Shown here in pieces: positions 34,631-47,932 of a DNA stretch of 64,000 bases. The notes beneath the pieces were generated by a model. That model was given only the letters and a program-made list of their open reading frames with translations. It was not told the DNA's origin and did not search any database. Where the stretch lies: NCBI RefSeq assembly GCF_001194135.2, contig NC_068981.1:128951554-129015553 (forward strand). The letters run 5' to 3'. This DNA is from Octopus bimaculoides (lineage: Eukaryota). The position numbers and the translations under genes were made by a program. The stretch's first letter is position 1. The number at the start of each line of letters is the position of its first letter.

Positions 34631-37600
34631 GCAAGATGTTTGAAACACTAAGCTCCAGAAATTAAATTTCTTAGTTCAAGCTTCATCTGGAGATGTCTTA
34701 TTCCAAATATAGAATTAAGACATGGAGAATAAACTTTACATTGAATACAATTTAAGAAATATGAATTTATATATGGGAAAGTTGAAATATTTGGAAATTA
34801 TTTCAAAGCATGCCAACATACCTCTCTAAATCTACATTGATGCTTTACAATTGCCTATTTAAGCTACAAATATACAATCAGCAATAACTTTCCTATATTT
34901 CATTCAAATTCAGTGTATCTAGAACATTATTATCCAATATGCCTTCCTTTTGAGTAAGGTATGATTTGAGAGTGATTCCATTGATATTTCTAGCAGATCA
35001 ATCAACTGCATAGCAATTTCCTTATTAGCTCATATAAATATCAAAACATTGTACTTGGAGGAGGAACCTGCTCTACCTGCTAGAAAAAAGAAGTCACATT
35101 TGATATGGTCCAATGAAACAAGGAATGGTTATACTAAGAAAGCCTTCATTAATGACTTGAACCGAAAGAACAATCTCTAACTACTTAGCTTTTGTTCCTT
35201 CAAATTATTGGAAGCCTACAGAGGACACTATATGGATTTCAAGCCTAATTTTTAAAGATTAAAATGTAAAACATCAGCTTTATAAAACTAAGATGTTCAC
35301 ATAACATGCAGAAACAAGTAGACATCGAGAAAAGCTACGAGTACTATCATGTTTTACAGGAATTATTTCCCTTGATAAAGACGACAACTTAGATCCCTGT
35401 ATTGTACACTTAAAATTGTTATCAGTTCTGATTTTTGTTTTACTTTCAGCATTTTTTGATATTAAACAGTATACAACCCACTATTTGTTGAGGGTCACTG
35501 TACAACACTGTCCCACTGTTTCTTCTCCAAGCAGACTAAAGCTTCATGCCACCACTAGCTACTCTCTCTAAATATCTCATTCCTTCCTTGAGCTGGAAGT
35601 TTCACAAACTCCTTATATTTTCCCTGTAACATCAAACACTTCAACAAACATCAAATCCCCTATAAATTTGGCACACCTTAAATTCCAAACTAAAATCACC
35701 AACCTTCAATGCCTAAGCAGTTGTAATCACTGCTCTCACACACATTACAATAGACAGACTTCTTCTAACAAAGTATACACATTTCACAGTTTGACTATTT
35801 CCTACATGTGGTTAAGAAGTATGGGCTATAATCAGACAGTACCATGTTCAATCCCACTCTATGGCAAGTTTCTTCTATTTGAGTCAAACTAAGTCCTTGG
35901 AGTCATATTGCATGGGTGGGCTAAAAACATGCCAATTGGCCTTTATCAGAGTCCACTCTAGTGCAAACATTCAAGCCAAAAATAACTTTCATGTCTTTCT
36001 CATTCCACATCACCAATTTCAAAGACCAGGAAAAAATAAAAACAAAAAACATTGGTACTACTCTTCTGCCTGAATAATAAAAAAAAGCATTTCAAGAATA
36101 TCACAAAGAATTTACATAAACAGAAAACTTGATTATTTATTCCATATTGAATAAATACTTTTGACTTGATATTAGAAATCATGAAATCAAGGCACTACTG
36201 ATACTTTCAAATATCTTTATTAAAAAAAAGAACCGATCAAAGAATTGAATTTGCCAGTTTGCAAAATATTGGCAAAATGCTTCTAACATTTTCAAATGTT
36301 TACCTGGAGAATTTTGTTATTTTTTTTTTGTTTTTTTCTTCTTCTTTTTTAACCAAAACACAAATGTTTCTAATTTCAGTTTTCTAATATATAAGACACC
36401 AGTGACTATACAATCAACCATAATGCATAACTAAAATCATTAACGAGAACTAAAAGGAACAGTTCATTGCCTCAATTAAACAAAAACTAAGCTGGTTTCT
36501 TCAGGCCAAATCTCTGCTATAGATATTACAGTGATTCATAATCAACATACAAATTTGAAATCAGTAGTAAACATCTGCAAGCAAAGTGGTAAGCATTACC
36601 AAAGAAAAAATTATCATATAATCACAATGTCATCAAGTAGAATACTACATTAATTTGGCATATTCTACAAACAAAAAAAAAAAAATTATTTAATCATTTC
36701 ACAAGGATAAATCTCCTTCCAATTAATAATGACAATGGTATGAAAAAAGTCAAGACAATAAGAAGCTTTCAATGTTTTAAGCAGCACAAATTTTCTGTTG
36801 TCTTAAAACTTTATACAAAATATTACTAATAGCAACCATAATGTGGTTACACTAGAGGAAGCCCTCAACCACACCCAATCATTATAGGAATTATTTAAAA
36901 AGTGGGTGTAGGAAGAGGGACATATTAAAGAGAAAACAAAATTAACAAAATGTTGAACAACTGGACTAGAAATAGAATAGATTACAAATGTTTTGAGATT
37001 ATTTTTGATGTGAGTGTAAAAAAATTCAATTAAAGCAAATGATAAGGAATGGGAGAAGTATATTAAAAACTACGATTTCCATTATTTAGTGGAGTAGCCA
37101 ATTTATGCTTCGTAAGTCCAAACTTACTTCCCAACAATAAAAAAATTTTTTTTATCATACAGCCAAAATCAATGCCTATTATAAAAAGGGAACAATTTTT
37201 TAACACTGTATCTTAAAGGAAAAAGAAGTTCACTCAAAATTCAACAAAGATATTTTAATCAGTTTACAGATAGAAAAACAAAATGGATAATATCTGAATA
37301 AATACATGCCCCTTGCACTACTGTGTTTTCTGTATTTTATATTTTTTTATGAGTAAAAAACACTCCGAAAAGATTTAAGATGGTAGCACAAAGGGTGTCG
37401 TCTGACATCTGTGATCAACTTGCTATAGTAAATCATCTCCAAAATTCTAAAGATAAAAAGACTACTAGATACATAAGGAACAAACTAACTAGTCAATAGT
37501 ATAATAGAAATCTCTAAATACCAACAAGTGAAGCCAACTCTACAACAAGTAGCTCACATTCAATGTCAGTGCCAAGAGACATTTTATAAACAAAAATTCC

Positions 37601-38542
37601 TCTAATTGTACATCCTAGAAAAGTAGTTTTATAACAGAAATTGTATCCAGATGTCAGCTTTCCGAAATATTTAGCCTTCAGTAAAAAAAAAATTAAAAGA
37701 AACTGCTTTAAATGTACATTTTCAGAACAAACATTTAAGCAATTTATTCCAATCAATTTTATCAAACAGGCTTTATAATTCTATAATTATAAAATAAAAC
37801 TAGATTCTGTTAATAATTTCTCAAAGCGGAATTAATAACAAAAATTGCCCAGCTTCTTTTTCTGATGTCTGCTTTGTTTCTTAAGGATACTATTAACTGT
37901 CAATGGCAATACTAGGCAGTATCATAGGGTAAAGTCCTTCATTAATGATAGTATACTAGACCAGTTTTAGTTGGAATTATTGAGTGAATTCAATTATATC
38001 ACTGATACACTGTTTTATCTTACAGAACAGAAATATGATCATTATATCAAAATAAATGAGGATAAGGGTACATATTTCAAATGTGCCAAAAATGAATACC
38101 TGAAGTTAAATGAAGAAGCAGTAAACCCAAACCACTTATCAAAACAGGTAAAAACAGCAAAGAAACTAAGAAAATATATTGCCAGCTCAAAACCGAGATA
38201 ATGTTAAATTGATGGATAAAATATTTTAGAGTTTGGAATGGAAATACAATCAATACATTGTCTTTCGTATTTTAGAAAATAAATTTTAGTAAAATAGGGA
38301 AAGAGGAAAGCAGAAAATTTAAATGAGCTATCGCATAGAAAATAGTATGTAATAATTTGTCTAATATAAAAAGAAGCATGAAATTGGCAACTCTTATCAA
38401 CCAAATATTTGTGATCTGTGAGGCAAAAATGTGACCAATCAGAAAAGCAACATTAGCAAACCTTCACTTAGTCTGCATTTGATAAAGAAGTCCATCAAAT
38501 TAGCAGATGATACTAAATCCATCATCTGTATAGTGAAGTCAT

Positions 38543-38621
<79 letters not shown>

Positions 38622-39035
38622 AGAGAAAGGGTTGCTTGCACAAATACTACGGTTGAAAAACATTTTAAAATATCCCAATATCCATAAGGTTGCAAAATAT
38701 AAAAAAATGAGCATCACATCTTTTTGTCATTAAATAGAAAAACAATTTTAGATTGTTCTTCAAAAAGTAGGAAGAGGGAGTGGGGGGAATAATGGAATAG
38801 TTAGTGATTTGAGTTTAAAACTAATTGCAAAGCCTTATTGTTACTATACAAAGAAAGTTAGATAAGTATATGATATACATTTTTATATAAAATTTTTAAA
38901 ACCATTTTTTTTACTTTTTGAAGTGGAAATATGAATAGCAAAGTGGTGGATTAAAAATGATGACTTAATGGCAGATAGTTATATACTTAGATTAGAGTAG
39001 GAGATTGGTGGAAAGAGTCAGAAAACTAAAACACA

Positions 39036-39608
39036 CTAATTCACACTGACATCCATAGTAAAATCTTTCTTTCCTTGCAAATTAGATATTTCTGAGGTTT
39101 TGGTTGTGGAGGAATTGTCGCTGAAAGATGTCTCCATTGAACCAGGTAATTCCACTTTGGGCACCAAAACATATTTGCCATGCCCAGTGTTGTGCACTTT
39201 GAGGAAATAACTTATTTCTTCTGGAGAAAGTTTTTTAGAGATGCACAGGTAATTCTTGCCTTCATGTTGCCTGACATCCATTTTCAGATGTAAGTTGAAA
39301 GCAATATTTGTGACTACTTTCCTTTCAAGTGAGGTGATGCCAGGACCAAAAATGAGATCATCCAGAGTGTCCTTTTCCACATACTCATTCATTAACTGTT
39401 CCATGTATTTGACAGCAAATTTGTTCAAACCATCACTATCAGCATTTTTCTCACGTTCTTTCCCATCTTTGTTATCAGGCAGATTTTCAAAAATAGGCAA
39501 CCCTCCAAGAAGGTCAATATTTCCAGAACATTTGTTTTCCAACACTTTTCCTTGTTCAACAATCTGTTCATAGGGAATCCAGCGACTTGAGTCATCTCTC
39601 CTCACAAT
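39036..39608 (-). CDS. NKRF-like gene, exon 4 (terminal; R3H-like domain)
   Basis: Acceptor attttcag|ATT (phase 0), TAG at 39036-39038. DLIFGPGITSLERKVVTNIAFNLHLK...NYLCISKK aligns to the NKRF R3H region. Confidence 0.85.
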   Translation of the reverse strand: MVRRDDSSRWIPYEQIVEQGKVLENKCSGNIDLLGGLPIFENLPDNKDGKEREKNADSDGLNKFAVKYMEQLMNEYVEKDTLDDLIFGPGITSLERKVVTNIAFNLHLKMDVRQHEGKNYLCISKKLSPEEISYFLKVHNTGHGKYVLVPKVELPGSMETSFSDNSSTTKTSEISNLQGKKDFTMDVSVN

Positions 39609-39844
39609 CTGAAAATAATATAAAAATATTCAAAATTTAAGTATTTTCTATTTTCAAGACAGTGCTATTGCTTGGTCTTAGTTGTAAATGGTGAAATTAG
39701 ATGAAGGACTGACACTGATAAACAAATCTATTTCCATACTGATATTAGAATCTTTTTGATGAGAGGGTATCAAATAATAAACAAAGCATTAAGAAAATTC
39801 ATTAGTAATAAACACACATCAATAATGCCTACATATTACACAAT

Positions 39845-40300
39845 CATCATCATCGTTTAACGTCCATTTTCCATGCTGGCATAGGTTGGACGGTTTGATT
39901 AAGGTCTGGAGAGCCAGTGGCTACACCAGACACCAATCTGATCTGGCAATGTTTCTACAGCTGGATGCCCTTCCTAACGCCAACCACTCCAAGAGTGTAG
40001 TGGGTGCTTTTTACGTGCCACCGGCATAGGAGCCAGTCAGGCGAGCCTGGCATCGATCATGTTCGGATAGTGCTTTTTACGTTCCACCGGCACAGGAGCC
40101 AGTCTGTGGGTACTGGCATCAGCCACATTCAGTTCATGCTTTTTATGTGCCACCGGCATGAGAACCAGCCAGGCAAACCTGGCATTGACCATGTTCAGAT
40201 GGTGCTTTTTATGTGCCACTGGCACAGGAGCCAGTCAGGAGGAACTGGCCACAGCTATGATATTGGTTTTACTTGACTCAACAGGTCTTCTCAAGCATAT
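39845..40300 (-). mobile_element. RTE 3' UTR copy with tandem subrepeats
   Basis: Same family as 2965-3415, more diverged. Confidence 0.8.
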
Positions 40301-40960
40301 CATATTGCCCGATGCATCAGAGGTATTCTTAACAAGGCCAGACGGAAATATAAATGAAGTTATATATGCCAATAAAAAACCTTTACTAATAACTGTAAGC
40401 ATCAACATGATTGAGTTTGCTTTGATGCCAGTAGTTTAGGTTCAACCACACTGTGTGGTACCTCAAGTGTCTTCTAAAATGACCTAGACCTGTTCAATGC
40501 CACGAGTTGAATTTGACAGATGGCTTCTATATCGAAGTCCACCATGCATATATATGTATGCATGCATGCATCTGCCTGCCTTTGTACTGACATCACTTTA
40601 GCAGTGTTGAAATTTATGTCTGTTGGACATAAATTTCAACACTGCTAAAGTTGATGCTTACACTTATTAGTAAAGGTTTTTTATTGGCATATATAACTTC
40701 ATTTATATTTCTGTCTGGCCTTGTTAAGAATACTTCTGATGCATTGGGTGATATGATATGCTTGTGAAGACCTCTTGAGTCAAGTAAAACCAATATCATA
40801 GTTGTGGCCAGTTCCCACTGACTGGCTCCTGTGCCAGTGGCACATAAAAAGCACCATCTGAACATGGTCAACACCAAGTCTGCCTAGCTGGTTCCTGTGC
40901 CGGTGGCACGTAAAATGCACCAACTGAATGTGGCCAATGCCAGTACCCACAGACTGGTTC
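40096..40960. repeat. ~310-bp inverted duplication with a perfect 25-bp hairpin at its junction
   Basis: 40096-40406 versus 40650-40960. Hairpin 40596-40620 / 40626-40650 with a TGTTG loop. Confidence 0.9.
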
Positions 40961-41417
40961 CCAAAAACCACACAGTTGGAAAGCAAACTTCTTCACCATG
41001 CAATAAAATGACGTTTTAATGAGATGTAAGTATAATTTGCTTCGACCAAATTTAAAAGCACTACAATATTTCTATAATAAAATCTAAACTTTTACATGAT
41101 CAGTTGTCAAGAAAGGAAAGAGTGTAATTCAACTGCATAAGCTAATGTAGTTATTTTGATTGACCGTGAAAAAAATGACGCAAGTTGAGTCTGATAAACT
41201 TTGAACTCAAAAGACAAAATGAAATACAATAGTTGAGGACTACTTTTTCATCCAAGTACCTGTAAATTATTAGAATATCTTAAATTAGAGATATCCAATA
41301 TAACATTACTTCATTATAGTGTTATTTAATACATAAAACTATTCAGTCAATATTTATACACTGTATCTATTATGCTAATGTTGAGTGATATTACATGATA
41401 TGCATACCTGTACATGT

Positions 41418-41650
41418 TTAACCCCTTTGCTACCATATTCCTGTTGAAATATGCTGTCTTTGTTTCAATTATTTTTGTAAACAATGAAAAATTTAATAAA
41501 ATAACTATGTCCTTATTCACTTTTGTTTGGAACATAAATTAACTTGAAATTTTGATGTAAGATTTTAATTTACATCACTTTAGATAAGGAAGTTTGTATC
41601 ATAAAACCAGAGACAGTCTGAGGCAGGTTGGTACCAAATAGCTTGACTAC
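41418..41650. mobile_element. Second piggyBac-like MITE family remnant
   Basis: Starts TTAACCCCTTTGCTACC and ends near GGTACCAAATAGCTTGA (degenerate TIR). Confidence 0.45.
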
Positions 41651-43712
41651 CAATTCAATGTGCCTCAAGGATAATGCAAAGAAACCACAATGATCAGTTA
41701 TATCAGTTATAAAAGGAAGAAGCTTTGAACCAACAAAGACTGACAGCTCTAATAATCAGCTAACACAAAAATTGAGTTTAATGATAATGATGAAGATGTA
41801 AATACAGTTTACCTCAAAAGTGCTAATACAGTGTCAAAATTCTTTGCATTATGTGGCACCAATGCAATCACCAAATTATTCTACAATTCAAGATTATTCA
41901 GTTGAACATTTAAAGTGTTCCACTGAAAAAATTAGCTAAACCTAAAGAAAGATTTATCTCAGGGAGGTCAAAAGTTTTGATCTAAAGCAAAAATAAAGAG
42001 AATCAGTTAATAGTTTCCTGCTATGATTCAACACACATGCTTCTTCTAAATCCTCTACAAAGATGATCCAGAAGCAAAGCTTATAAAATTTTAAGTAAGG
42101 CTTTGCTTAGAAACTTACTTGAAAAGAAACCTTACTAGAAGTGTCTAAAACTGATCATCTTGATTGACTACATCACAACAAAGATAACTAAGATGGAAAA
42201 ATTCTAAGACAGTGGTGACTATTATTTTTTTTTTGTTAGAGTATGATTGATTCCATTAATAAATATATTCTATAAATGGAATCAATCATGCCCAGACAAA
42301 AAATAACAATTCACAATTGTTCTAAGAATTTTGTTGACTTCAAACCAGGTTAACTCTGTTGTGTTAGCAGTCAGGGTAATACAACAAAGTTCTACTACAA
42401 AAGTATCAGACAAGTTTCTATTCAAATCTCTAAGCATATTAAAACTGCATCAGTTGTGGACCATTGCACTTTTCTAAGTTTTGTCCTGCATACAGGAATA
42501 AATGCTTTAAACACACTAAACTGGACCTTTTCAATAAAATCTGCTGGTCAAAATTATAGTATTCTACCAAGTTGGTCCACAACGTTAAGAGTCTAAAGAG
42601 GGAGTAACTTTCAATATTAATTGTGCAATAATTCACATCAGGTTAATTGTAAAATGGACAACTCTTGATAAGCATTCATGATCTTATGATGGGTCAAAAC
42701 TAAATTTGGCACTACAACAATATTGGTTCACTTTGTAAATATGCAAAAGATAGAGAGAACCTGAAGTTCTATTGTAATTATCAGCCTTCAAAATTTTGGA
42801 ATAATCAATGCAGATATTCTGAAAGTTATGTCCTATTATTATGAGTATTTAGCACCAATAAAACACTAAAATTTTACTATCAGATACAGTTACAAATACA
42901 ATTTATTCAACTTAGGCCACAGCCGTGAAACTAGTAAAAGAGTTATGCACAACATTAAGGTATTAATAGTGTATCGCTAATTGTAATGAGTGCAGGAAAG
43001 ACAGCGCTGATTACAAAGAACATTAAATAAAGCTTTTCAGGTAAGTTTCTTTAGCATTATGATTTTGATTGCTTGCTGTTTTTTATGTATACTAATTTTT
43101 TATTTCTTTTATTTGCTGTTTGCAATATATATCTCTAAAAGAATTTAAATGAAAAAATAGTTTTCTGAAGCTAACAATTTTATTTTACAGCTTAATTAGC
43201 ACTCATTCTATTTATTACTGAAGATAAAATTGAAGTATTGAAAAATGCTTATCTATGAAGAGAATATTAGGTTGCAAGGGAAAATAATTTATAAATAAAT
43301 ATGAAATTGTATAAAGTAATTTATTCAATGTTCATTATTAATGAACATTCATGACTATAGCTGATGCATTTAACCTGAAATTTTTCAACACTAGATTGCA
43401 ACTTCCACATTTTTAACATTCAAATATAAGTGTGGTCATTAAAAATATATTTTTCATTTGTATCATATCAATACAGTTGTGTAGGTTAAGTTATGTCATT
43501 CACAATGCCTTCTTATAACATTTTTTTAAAAAATTTTCAACTCTTGCCATGAGACCAACCTACAGTAAAAAAGACTTGGGGGAGGGGGGAAAAATCTTGC
43601 TAGGAACTTGTAGAAGCATATCTAAAGAACTAGTCTTCAGTTATGCAATAATGCTTATAGTGAAAATTATTAAATGTATGGTAAAAAGAAAGGATAACTA
43701 AGACATTCTTAC

Positions 43713-43836
43713 TCTGATAACATCTTGAGTTTGATAGAGTTTCATCAAAGCAATTGCAGCAGCAGTGTTACGAGCATTGTTCTTTGAAGATGCTGAGGCC
43801 TCAGCTATTAGTTTCTTCTGGATAAGCATCTTACAT
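43713..43836 (-). CDS. NKRF-like gene, exon 3 (C-terminal half of the 4th dsRBD-like fold)
   Basis: tcaaacag|A TGT AAG...ATC AGA|gtaaga; 124 nt, phase 2 to 0. Encodes KCKMLIQKKLIAEASASSKNNARNTAAAIALMKL. Confidence 0.9.
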
Positions 43837-44806
43837 CTGTTTGAAAAATACATCAATGACACATACATTCAATTATATATTTATTCAAGGTATCTGTTAC
43901 ATTAAAAGAAACAGTTGTTCCCAGATTAAGAAACTATAGCAGAAAATTGTATATTCAAATCCTGCTACATCTGTTAGCGTTGTAACTAGCAGGTTGTTCT
44001 ACCATTTCAAATTCCAACCCTTACACCAGCACAGGAAAATGGATACAAGAATCTGATATTACAAGAAATGAAAACTGATTAATGTTATTTAAAATGAATC
44101 TATCAAAAGATCTGAGCAGTGACAGAACCATAGCCTTTATAATTAGTGCACCGTAATCACCAAAACTGGAAATTATACTGATTTTGCAAGTAGTATAAAA
44201 CCAGTATTTGACTAACAAATATTAAAGATATATTCATTATTACTTTAATATCTCTATTGGTATAACTTGTCAATAAACAACATTCTCATCTAAGCCTTCT
44301 TTTAGTCAAGATCACTTACATTCACTGTTGCTTTAGAAATTCTATTGAGTATATTCTCAACAGAATTTTATTCACATTTTAAGCTGTTAAAATGATATTT
44401 TTTCTTTACTCTGCCTGATACATAAAAGAAATTGTACTGTTTAAGCTCTTCTCAAAGTGCAACACAAGTTCAAAAACTGAAACAGATACAGTTAATCAGC
44501 TATATTAAAATAACACTACACCAACATGTTTTGCAAGATAAGATTTGTTAGAAGCTTTTACAAACTTCAAGTATTGTGCATTAATGATTATCACCTAATT
44601 CTGAAACAAAAAAAATTCACCATATTCTAAGCATGCAATCAAATCCTTGAAGTGTGTTTTAAATTTGTTAAGGTAATCAATTGTAAAGTAATACAATTAA
44701 TTTGCTTAGTTGAGCTAACATCTTTATTTTGAAAAAAACTTTTAAAAATCTGTCATTGAGTATTTTTAACTTGTTTAGCAATAGATAAAAATAGAAAACT
44801 ACTTAC

Positions 44807-46412
44807 TTGAAAACATCTCCTTGTGGTTCTATTTCCCATTCCATTAACATGCCACACATTGTAGAACTATTGTTGAGAATACAGAAAGCATGTCGCTGCC
44901 GATCATATTTCCAGTCTTCATGTTCCATAATTACTAAATCCTCAATAGATTTGGAATTTTCTGGACTTTGAATTCTGAGCCTGCGAAGTCTTGGCAAATT
45001 AGATTCACCATATTTTCCAAATCCCTTCACAACTATGTCAATTACCATTGGATCAAGTTTATCTTTCATGGTGAGATTATGATGCTCACTGATCAGATAG
45101 TTGGGTGTACTGGTACTAAGAACCTCCCATGCATTTGTATAGGCACCAATTTGGGCATCCTTTCTGGTGTCACCTTCACCCTTTGCTATTAGAAGATTGT
45201 CCAAATAGAGTTCACAAGCTAGCGTCCGTTTCTGCATGTCACCTTCAACTTTACGATAAAGGCAAGTTGGTGACAAACAACACTGGACAGCCATTGTATC
45301 AACAGCATTAACTGTATTTGCTCTATGTGCTGACTCTTTGATTAATTTAATTAATGCTTCCAGCTTAGATGATAAATCAGTGAAAGTGGCTGTTTCTCCA
45401 GTTGTTTTTGGAGATTTCACCTCAGTACTAGATATGTTGAAACCAGAATGTTCCACAGGCTGTTTTTTATTGCCCTTCATTACAACTTCAAGAGTATTCT
45501 TTTTTATGAATTCAATAGCTTGTTTATAGGCTTCATGTTTAGCATCCTTCTTCTTACAACCCATACCTCGTCCAACCACCACATTTCCAATGGTCACTGT
45601 GCCATAAAATACAGCTTTGCCATTAGCTAATCTGGAATCTGATGGAGTGTAAGTATGTTCTAAAGTGCAATGTGAAGCAGAGAAGGCTTGGATGAAGGCA
45701 GAAATTTCATTGTCAGGTTGAGGATTGGTAGCTTTGAGCTGTGCAATTAACTGTTGGAAACCCACTTGTTTTTCATTGCCATGAAATGTTTTTTCTGGAG
45801 CACAACTCAGACCTTTTTCTTTACAAATATCTACCACTTTTTCCCAGGAAGGTTCAGTTTTATTCTTAGTAAGAGAATTAGTCAGTTCTGCTCTCATTTT
45901 TTCTGGACCTGGATCTTTCTGTTTTACAATGGACGCAACAGACTGCTTTGTCAGAACCTCAACAGCCTTTTTATAAACTTCATGTTTTAACTCTTTTTTA
46001 CTAGCAGCTACAGCTCTAGCCATGAATTTACCTTCAACTGTTAGTTTGGCAGTGTACATAGATCGGCCACCAATGCGCACCAACTCTTCAACATCATAAG
46101 AATGATCTAATTTAAGTTTGCAGCTAGTCAAAGCATTTTCAATTGTTTGAATAGCATTGCATTTTGGGTAATCACGCTTGAGCCAGAGGGTAAAGTATTT
46201 TATTTTTTCAGATATTGTCATTTTTGACGTATCGGCAGGTAAATTAACTCCTTGCAAAGGGGAAGCTTTTGCATTTTTTCCTTTGACTCCTTGAGATAAT
46301 CCTTTTGCAGCAGCCTGGAGATTTCGTAGACCAGCTTTCAATGAACCTCGATCACCAAAATTTGCCAAACCTCCACGCTGTAGTTTTCCTCGTGAACCAA
46401 CACCTCTCTTTG
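44807..46412 (-). CDS. NKRF-like gene, exon 2 (tandem dsRBD-like folds)
   Basis: ttcttttag|CA AAG to TTC AA|gtaagt; 1606 nt open, phase 1 to 2. Repeated modules end in helices SKKELKHEVY, KKKDAKHEAY and TRKDAQIGAY. Confidence 0.9.
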
Positions 46413-46572
46413 CTAAAAGAAATTTAAAATACTTAAATCATAAATAAAATCAATTTTTCACACACAAACAAAGAGGAATTTATTATGTAAATTAAATTTG
46501 AAAATTTTACAAAAATGTCAACTGGATAAAGTTACATAATGATGATGTATATATTTAAATATAGTAACTTAC

Positions 46573-47542
46573 CATCAATACCAGCTCCTCTGCCAGACTT
46601 CCCTTTATATTGATTCCCTTGTCTGAAGGTATCAGATGTATCAAGTAAGAAACTTAGATCAATGTCGCTGTAACCTTGAACAGTTCGGATAGCATCTCTG
46701 ATGCGGTTAATTTCAGATCCAACACCACCACCACCTCTTCCTGCACCACGTCGGCCTCTTCCATAAGGACTAGACCCAGCACTGCCAAATGTCAAAGAGT
46801 TCTCATCAGTAAGCCATTGGCCCCAAATTGGTTGGTTTCCAATACGTCCACCACGGTTGGAGGCAGAACCACGTTGCCCTCGGCCACCAAATTTACCGCC
46901 ACGCTGTTTTTGATCATACTGATAAGCTTGATCACCAACATAATAATCATCAATTGTTCCTTGGTTATCAAAATAACCAGTGGCAAATTCACCAAAGTCT
47001 GATTCATCAACATATTGTTCAGCAGAGTAATCCCAGCAATACTCGTTACCCTGATATCCTGCTTGATATCCAAAGTTTTTCATACCCTTTTGTGGAGATT
47101 TCCCCTGCCAATGGCTGTTGCTGTTACTATTATTATATGGTGCCACTGATCCCCAATTTGAAGTAGCACTTTTCCTCTTTGAGTCATTCCAGTTTGTATT
47201 GTATTGACCAGATTGATTGGAATACATTGCATCGACACTACCGTATTGATCTCCTTGACTACCATATGACTGATTCAATTTAATCATTTTGTTACTTTTT
47301 TTCTCTTCTCCTGGGCTAGCTGACTGCCACTGACGTTTGTAACCACTAACATTGCTAGATAATCCAGCTCCATAGCTAGTAGAAAAGTTGTTGCTGTTAC
47401 TGCTGCTGTTGATAAGATTGCTGCTTCCCATACCATCCCAGGCTGTTGCTCCAGAATTCCAGTGATTGCCATAATTTGAATTGTAATCAAAGCCTGACAT
47501 TTCTTTGCCACCTGACCATTGACTGACTCCACCTCGATTCAT
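46573..47542 (-). CDS. NKRF-like gene, coding exon 1 (G/S/N/Q/Y-rich, RGG motifs)
   Basis: Acceptor at 47565, in-frame TGA upstream of the ATG at 47542, donor GAT G|gtaagt. The four exons total 3273 nt = 1090 aa plus stop. Confidence 0.85.
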
Positions 47543-47861
47543 ATTTAAAATCTGGTGCAGTCACCTGCAAATAGAAAAACAAGCAAACATAAAATTTAAA
47601 TATAACCCAAGGAGAATTCTATTTCATCAACTTTTATATATGTATTGTGTAAACTAGTAAAGTTTAATGATTGCATGTGCTTTGTAGAAAATTGTCAGAA
47701 AATAAAAATAATTTGTAAAACAAACATTTTGATTTAAATAACTGTTGCCAATAATGTACAATTAAGTTATTTCCAAATGTACTATATATATATATATNNN
47801 NNNNNNNNNNNNNNNNNNNNNNNNNNNNNNNNNNNNNNNNNNNNNNNNNNNNNNNNNNNNN

Positions 47862-47932
47862 TGATTTTTAATCTAAGTGGATATTCTAAGGAATGAATCA
47901 TTCCTTAGAATATCCACTTAGATTAAAAATCA
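47862..47932. repeat. Perfect 35-bp-arm palindrome abutting a gap
   Basis: Arms 47862-47896 and 47898-47932 with a 1-nt spacer. Confidence 0.85.

Noticed and set aside
37971-38201. 76-aa plus-strand ORF
   Set aside because: AT-biased composition, antisense to the probable 3' UTR, and no motif.
42981-43046. 13-bp hairpin plus a plus-strand CAG|gtaagt donor (possible snoRNA or antisense exon)
   Set aside because: No proper C/D or H/ACA boxes, a stop codon in the only ATG frame and no other support.
44968-47532. Short ORFs overlapping the NKRF-like exons in other frames or on the other strand
   Set aside because: They are shadows of the real minus-strand CDS and have no splice or motif support.
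47561-47563. In-frame TGA before the NKRF-like ATG as a selenocysteine or read-through codon
   Set aside because: It depends on unverified upstream exons, and no SECIS was identified.
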